Origin: Amphiscolops sp. MND2022
Taxonomy: Eukaryota
DNA: 64,000 bases
Direction of reading: 5' to 3'
Assembly (NCBI GenBank): GCA_964187785.1
Contig: OZ076413.1
Span: forward strand, 48,920,001-48,984,000
In this document: in pieces, positions 57,946-64,000 of the stretch
Layout: each line of letters opens with the position of its first letter
Numbering within the stretch: position 1 is the stretch's first letter
The notes under the pieces: generated by a model
What the model saw: the letters and a program-made list of their open reading frames with translations, nothing else
The model's database searches: none
Told to the model about the DNA's origin: nothing
Program-made: the position numbers and the translations under genes

Positions 57946-60268
57946 CACCCAGCAATTTTTCATGCTTTCAAAGGTAGGTGGAGGTATTGCGCTATATCCG
58001 AATTCGGTTACGGAAGATTTTGTAAATTGATTTAATCGTGAAAACTCGTGGATTTTTTGAAACTTTTCGCAGCTGTGTAGAAATATTAGTGAGGTCAATT
58101 GGAAATTTCAGCTTTTTTACAGGCTGACTAAAAGTTGTTCAAATTCTAACTGTAAACACAATATTTAGACACTTCAAAAGTCCCCAGAGGTAAGTTCTGA
58201 AGTAGAAAGTGTTTGTTGAATTTCCAGCAAAAGAAAGTGACGTACAATAATTTATATGTGAACCCTGGATCTGATTGAATTCTTCCCATCTAGAGGTTAC
58301 TAAATGTCGTTCATAGATTAAACCGTGTGTGTTTCCCATATGCGCGCCATAAATCACTGCTATTCCTGCCGCTGATTATAATAAATTGCGAACGACTTGC
58401 CGATTCATTCGATTGTCGAATCAACTCTACTGCGGAAACGGTTCTTGTGATGTAGAAATTGGGAACTCGACTGACATAAATCAATTTGAAAGGCATCTGA
58501 ATTGTTTGAATTTTGCTTTTTTATGGTTGGAAATTGGCAAGAATCATGGTATTATTCTCATTTTTAATCTGAGACCGCCCGGTGAAATGTATTTGTTGTT
58601 GCTCAAACCAATTTCACCGGCCTACTTAGCAAACATGGCATGCGCCGCGTCGTTTTATCTCGAATTAGGCCGCCAGTTTTTCATCTCTAGACGCGTTTGT
58701 AGACCTGCCAACATGGATTTGCATCTGTGCAACAATCGTCTATATAAACAAATTATTATTTTTTATTCTTTCACAGTAACCTTGACTTGACTGGTTATCC
58801 GCCAATTTTACCATCGCTCAGCACTGTTTTTCCCTGAATAGTTCTTCTGAACTTATAATATCCTGAAAAAAATTTCGTGAACTGAGATGAGATTTCCCAT
58901 CTGTTGTGTGTTTGCCTTATATGCACTTCTATGCGGTGGCTTGGATTAGGAATTTAGCTGAAACTCAGGCTCGTTTATCAAAAGTGCTAGACTTCGACAC
59001 AGATGTATTTGAAGTCTAGACTAGTCCTGTGCTGTTTTGAGCGTGGCGTCCACTATTTTTGACCAATATTACACCATGAAATGTGCGTTTTCAGCTAATT
59101 AAACTGTTTTCTTTATCTTGTTGAAAGTCAGTTCCAGTTGAGCACATCATTTTGATGCTGTTTGTTTGAACTGTATGATATAATAGAATAAAAGTACATG
59201 AAATAGGATTTTTAAAGGCGTTTCGTGGTCCTAATATTAAAAAAGCCGTTATTCATGGTTCCGAGTGATTCACTTTGAAGCGTCGATTGTGTCAAGCAGC
59301 ATAAGTAGAAGAATCAAAAACTGAATGACCCCGTCGATCATTGAAACCCACATGTCATCTGATGGAATCCATTCAACTGAAAGTATAACATCTTTCAACA
59401 ACTTAGAAGACGGTTGCGTTTTTCCAACGCGGCAAAAAGCTTCTCTTCTAATAAGAGAAAAGGCTATTCAAAATTGTCATTAGCACCATAATTTTGCAGT
59501 GCACACTGTAATATCTGAAATCAAATCTGTATTTAAGCTCTTTACGCTGATTCTATGAATGAAATTATGTCATGCTCTTCATTTCGAAATACAGATTGAT
59601 TGCTTAACCCTAATGAACCTAGTGGTGCTTTGAAGCAGCCTACCTTTTTCAAATTTTGATTCCATTTGCCAATAGCCCATTTCTCTAGCACAGTTTTTTT
59701 CAACAATTAATTGGCACCTAGGTTGATTTGAATGACACAAGCATTAGAGAAAGGGAATATGTCTCCAAAGCTGAGAAAAATGTGTTTTTTGCACAAAAAA
59801 ATGGATACACTTTCCCAAAATTCAGTTTTTGACGAAATCAGTTTTCTCAAAAGTCTTCGACCAAAAGAAAAAACCAACCACATACCCTTCCACAACAAGT
59901 CCTTGTGCAACAAACCCCAATAATATTCTGTTGTTACTACAAGCCCCCGCGCAGCCCCCCCCCCCCGCGCGCCAGGTAGATTCACATGTATGTGAACACG
60001 TCTTATGAGGCTAATGTCGCCGCTACGTGGCACCTGCTTAGATCGGATTTGTGTCTCACTGCTGTTATGTCTCGAAGGAGTTGAAGCATATGCTAATTGA
60101 ATATTGTGATAAATGAATTAGGTCTTGAACATTTACATTTTCAACATGATTGTTTTTTTTGCTGCGGGGCATTTTCTTCGAAGCAGCAGCTTTCTTTCAA
60201 CTTCAGTGTAAATATTATGCCAATGCTTGAATCATGTTTCAATTACCGCGTCAGATTCTGATTCTAAA

Positions 60269-60615
60269 CAGTCGTTTGATCGCTACTCATCTTTAACGCT
60301 ATCGCTAGCTACCGTTTTTTGAAATTCTCACTACCGCTAGTTATCGCTGTTATATTCGTACTTTTCTGTTTTGTTTGAAATCGTACTTTTTGTTCGACAG
60401 TAAGCAAAAGTTTCAGTGACTTTTCCATGAATTTCAGACACCAAATGCGAAAGAGGTCGCTCTGACTTTTGACCGCTTTCTTGCAGATCATTTGAGAAAT
60501 TTTCATGAGAGAAAATGAAAAATTTAGCTGTTCAAATTGAAATTCAGCTACAGCTAGCTCCCGCCTCTGATAATTAGTGGCGATAGCTGAATTACGCTTA
60601 GCGGCCAAACCACTG
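60269..60615. mobile_element. hAT-type MITE, 347 bp
   Basis: Imperfect TIRs CAGTCGTTTGATCGCTA / CAGTGGTTTGGCCGCTA (reverse complement). 8-bp TSD ATTCTAAA/ATTCTAAC (7/8). Subterminal GCTA/TAGC repeats at both ends. Confidence 0.65.
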
Positions 60616-61569
60616 ATTCTAACTCTAATTCAGACCGATCCACCCAATTTGTGTTTTTCAAAATGTTATTTTTTTTGAAAAACCGTATAATTTGTACAAC
60701 TCCATCTCCTCGTAAGGGAACAATATATGAGAAAGTTTTTTTGCTGAGCTTTGATGCTGAGGAAAATTTCCTCAATGATAATTCATGCAATACTCTCGCC
60801 AAATTTCCTCGATTGCTTCCTTCAAAAATATTGGCCGTTTTCCCGTTTTTCGTTCGTTTCAAGTGCCTGGAGCTCTTGAAAATGTCTTGGATTAGTACCT
60901 GAAGTGTGCCAAAAATATGCGGAATATTTTGAGACATCTAAGAGAGGCTTTGTTTAAATGCTACCTAAAAGAACTTCTGCCAATTTTATTCAAATGTCTG
61001 CTTCTACAGTCCTTTTCTACAGACATGTCCTAAAAAGGAAGTGGTTGAATTTTGCCTAAACTACCAGCTACTAAATTAAGTGGGGAAAGAGTTCGCATAA
61101 TTTCAAATTTGCGATTGGAAAGATAAAATTATGCAATGTCCTCTTATTTCGATGTCTGCCGAGGACTAATTATCTTTGTTTGCAAACCCTTGTTAAAAGC
61201 CCCTTTTCATATGATGAAGTCGTGCGGTTAAGGGATTTTTATATTTTGTGTCTCAAGAGATTGTAGAGATTCACTAGTATTCTGAATTGTAGGCTCATTC
61301 TCTTAGATATTTCAGAGAGAAAGAAAGAGAGAGAGATTGAGAGAGATTAATAATTTATTAAAGATAGATTTGTTATAATGTGAAGTTTAGGTATGTGTAG
61401 TACGAAAGTTTTACAATTTGTGTTCTCAAGTTTACGGCTTCCTCATTCGTCTTCTGAGGTGCCGGCTGTCCAATGTGATTGTCTGTCCAATCTGAATGGT
61501 CCACATCACTCTGGCGGGTCTTGCCATCGAATTTTTGTTCATTATGATTAGTATCATGACACACCACCC

Positions 61570-61827
61570 TTGGGTTTTTTCGGCTCTGTGCGATTTTTTC
61601 ATTTCACCAAAAAGCCCCCCTTCGGTTTCACCCGTTTCAAATTCCAAAAAGACGTACGTTTTTCAAGCCTAAAGGCTCCCATCTTTGTGCGACTTTTGAG
61701 ATGTCCCGCTTTTAAAGTATTTCGAAAACAGGTTATTTTTCAAACTTCATAGAAACAGAATTTTGACATATTTGGAAGACTGTGTGTTTCGAGCCTTGAG
61801 CCGACTTTAGACATTCCCGACTTGTTT
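61570..61827 (+). mobile_element. Truncated Helentron/DINE-1-like copy
   Basis: ttttcggctctgtgcga motif and degenerate 3' end gccgactttagacattcccgacttgtt. Confidence 0.5.
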
Positions 61828-62295
61828 CAATTAACCTTTTTTGACTTTTAGTGGATGCGTCAAGAAATTATATCAAGTTGCAAATAATTGGTGAACCGGG
61901 GCAAAAGTTTTGGATGACTTTGGATTAAAAAAAGGAAATTTCGAGTATAAGTATACGGGAGAGGGGATAAGAAATGCGGTCTGATCATTTTTCAGTTTCA
62001 TTACAGGCTCCACTCAAAAGTTACTAGCCAGTAACTTGACTATTGATATAGATGGTTTGTATCGGGAGAAATATGGGGTGTATTTTTTATTCGGCGCTTT
62101 CAGTTAAGATTAAAACGCCAGACTAATACACTCATAAGTTTTCCTTTTTAAGACAGACATTCCGACAAAGCTGAGAAGACGGCCGAAGGAAGATTTTTGA
62201 ACGTTCGTTCGCCGGCTTTGAAATTTTCTCGACTTGCTATGCTCGATGGTTCTGGTTTTATTTGACCTGTCTTCAATAGTGTTTTTGTGTTTAAG

Positions 62296-62514
62296 CTGCC
62301 TCTGGCACTCTTCCGAACAAGATCCAGATGACGGTGGATTTCCTGGAGAAGAGGCAACAGCAATACAGGGCAGCGGCAATTGCATCTAAGAAGAGGAACG
62401 AGATAGAGGAGGCCAAGCGGTACCTGCGACTATGCAAAGGCTTTGACCCCATGGTAGCCGCTGCCAAACTTGGCAAACCAGTCGACCTCGCTCAAGTCCC
62501 ACCTGCTCTTACTG
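62296..62514 (+). CDS. CC2D1: CC2D1/Lgd exon, DM14-4 (FLEKRQQQYRAAAIASKKRNEIEEAKRYLRLCKGFDPMVAAAKLGKPVDLAQVPPA)
   Basis: Complete DM14 repeat. ttaag acceptor phase 1, G|gtgaga donor. Confidence 0.92.
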
Positions 62515-63069
62515 GTGAGAACCTTGACTGCCTCCAACTTCTATTATTGATGCATATTCAGAGAAATATTAAATAACGAGGCACTACCTAATTAGACATC
62601 CCTCGTGTGTGGAATACAAGTTCTCACGGTAGATTTTGTTTTTTTTTCGGAAAGGAGCCAATAAGTGATTGTTTATTTTGAAATCTGGGTTAAAATCTCC
62701 TAGACAAAAATCTGAAAATCTTTTGGGTTAAAATCTAAATAATGACTCGGGCTTCCTGCTTTTGGTGAGCTTTGCGCTCCTACAAGTCGGCATTCATCAA
62801 AGCAAGTCGCTGGACCAGCAGTGGCACGCTCCTGCATTTAGAGCCTTATCTGCATGTGAACGTATCTAATCACGATACCCTAATTCGAGAAATTTCAACT
62901 TATATTTTTTTGTCTAGGAGATTTTACCCTGGGAAGTTTCAACTGGGAAAAAATTAACTTTAGAGATTTTGAGCTGATTGCGAGTGTCAGCGAACACAAT
63001 AAAATCGAACAAAAATGACTGATAAGCGCGATTGAAATGCACAGTTGAGGAATTTCTTCTTTTTTGTAG

Positions 63070-63267
63070 GAATATCCAAAGTGGCTACTGGTGGAGGTGC
63101 TGCGACAGGTGTGGGTACTGGTGGTGCCCTGATAATCCCCGTGGAGCAACCCTGTGCACCCAAACACAACGCTGACCCCAAAGAGGTGGCCTCTCTCTTC
63201 CAGTCGATCGAACAGCAGCTGCAGCTTCAAATCAACAAGTGCAGATACGACTCCGAATACTACGCAG
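63070..63267 (+). CDS. CC2D1: CC2D1/Lgd exon, coiled-coil region after DM14-4
   Basis: tttttgtag acceptor and G|gtacta donor, phases consistent. Encodes LFQSIEQQLQLQINKC. Confidence 0.8.
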
Positions 63268-63757
63268 GTACTATAAAATTCATTTACCCATTTACCCAAC
63301 ACATGAACCCTATTTAATTAGTCGATCTAGACCTTATTTGAAATGAATTTCAATTGTTTCTGTCATGACAATGACATGATATATGAAAGTGCCGGGGTTC
63401 AGGTACCATATTTCCGAAAGTTATATTGATCCCAGATTTTTCCATCAAATTAAAAGTTATATATTTCAATGCTGATAAATTTAGAAGAAGCCTAACCTCC
63501 ATTTTCAGACTCATACATGACAATTACACATATTAGAACAAAGATTTTTGAGAAAACTATCTCTTGTTAAATATTTATAATTGCATGTTCAATTTATCAT
63601 TTCTATTTCCCTTTGCGACTTTTCTTAATTACACTGCTGATTTAATCACAACACAATGGAAAGGTTGATTCGGTTGTTTTGTCAATTTAAACGTACAATT
63701 TTTCCGCCACGTACCTCTTTGAGTTCTCGCCTATAGAACGTTTTTTATGGTTGACAG

Positions 63758-63902
63758 GCATAGGGGAGATTGGGAATGTGAACAGAGCTGAGAAGATGCT
63801 GCAGTGCAGTATGGTGGACCTCAATGTAGCTCAAGCCTGCAGACTCAGGGGCGAGTTGCCCCCCAAAATGCATTACGAGCAGCGTGCCTTCACCAAAATT
63901 AG
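63758..63902 (+). CDS. CC2D1: CC2D1/Lgd exon preceding the C2 domain (GIGEIGNVNRAEKMLQCSMVDLNVAQACRLRGELPPKMHYEQRAFTKI)
   Basis: gacag acceptor and AG|gttagc donor. RGxxPPxxHYEQRxF matches the segment before the C2 domain in CC2D1 proteins. Confidence 0.85.
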
Positions 63903-64000
63903 GTTAGCTGAGCTCACACCCCCACCTTAACACCCCATCACCTACACATGGCCCACGGTCTCCTCTACTTTCAAATTGAATCTGCTTTTGATTTATCACC

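Overview
AT-rich eukaryotic (metazoan, probably invertebrate) genomic DNA; the taxon cannot be fixed from the sequence alone. A spliced + strand gene of the CC2D1/Lgd family runs from at least 15848 off the right edge. All four DM14 repeats can be reconstructed across GT-AG exons with consistent phases; the C2 domain lies beyond the window. Its 26.4-kb intron (15977-42346) contains an apparently complete, young 17,394-bp Maverick/Polinton (adintovirus-like) element at 18456-35849, with ~588-bp TIRs starting AGTAGT and a 6-bp CATATG target-site duplication. The element encodes pPolB, rve integrase, packaging ATPase, major and minor capsid proteins and an adenain-like protease. Its accessory block includes an intronless 82-aa membrane-anchored or secreted EGF-family ligand (the most notable item), three putative PC4-like proteins (one with a nonsense codon), a DEDD-like nuclease and a possible PLA2-like protein. 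The introns also hold many copies of a Helentron/DINE-1-like non-autonomous repeat whose internal motif recurs in the Maverick TIRs, a 197-bp solo LTR, a hAT-type MITE, a long hairpin and a recent 2.56-kb tandem duplication. Protein family calls come from motif recognition, not database searches.
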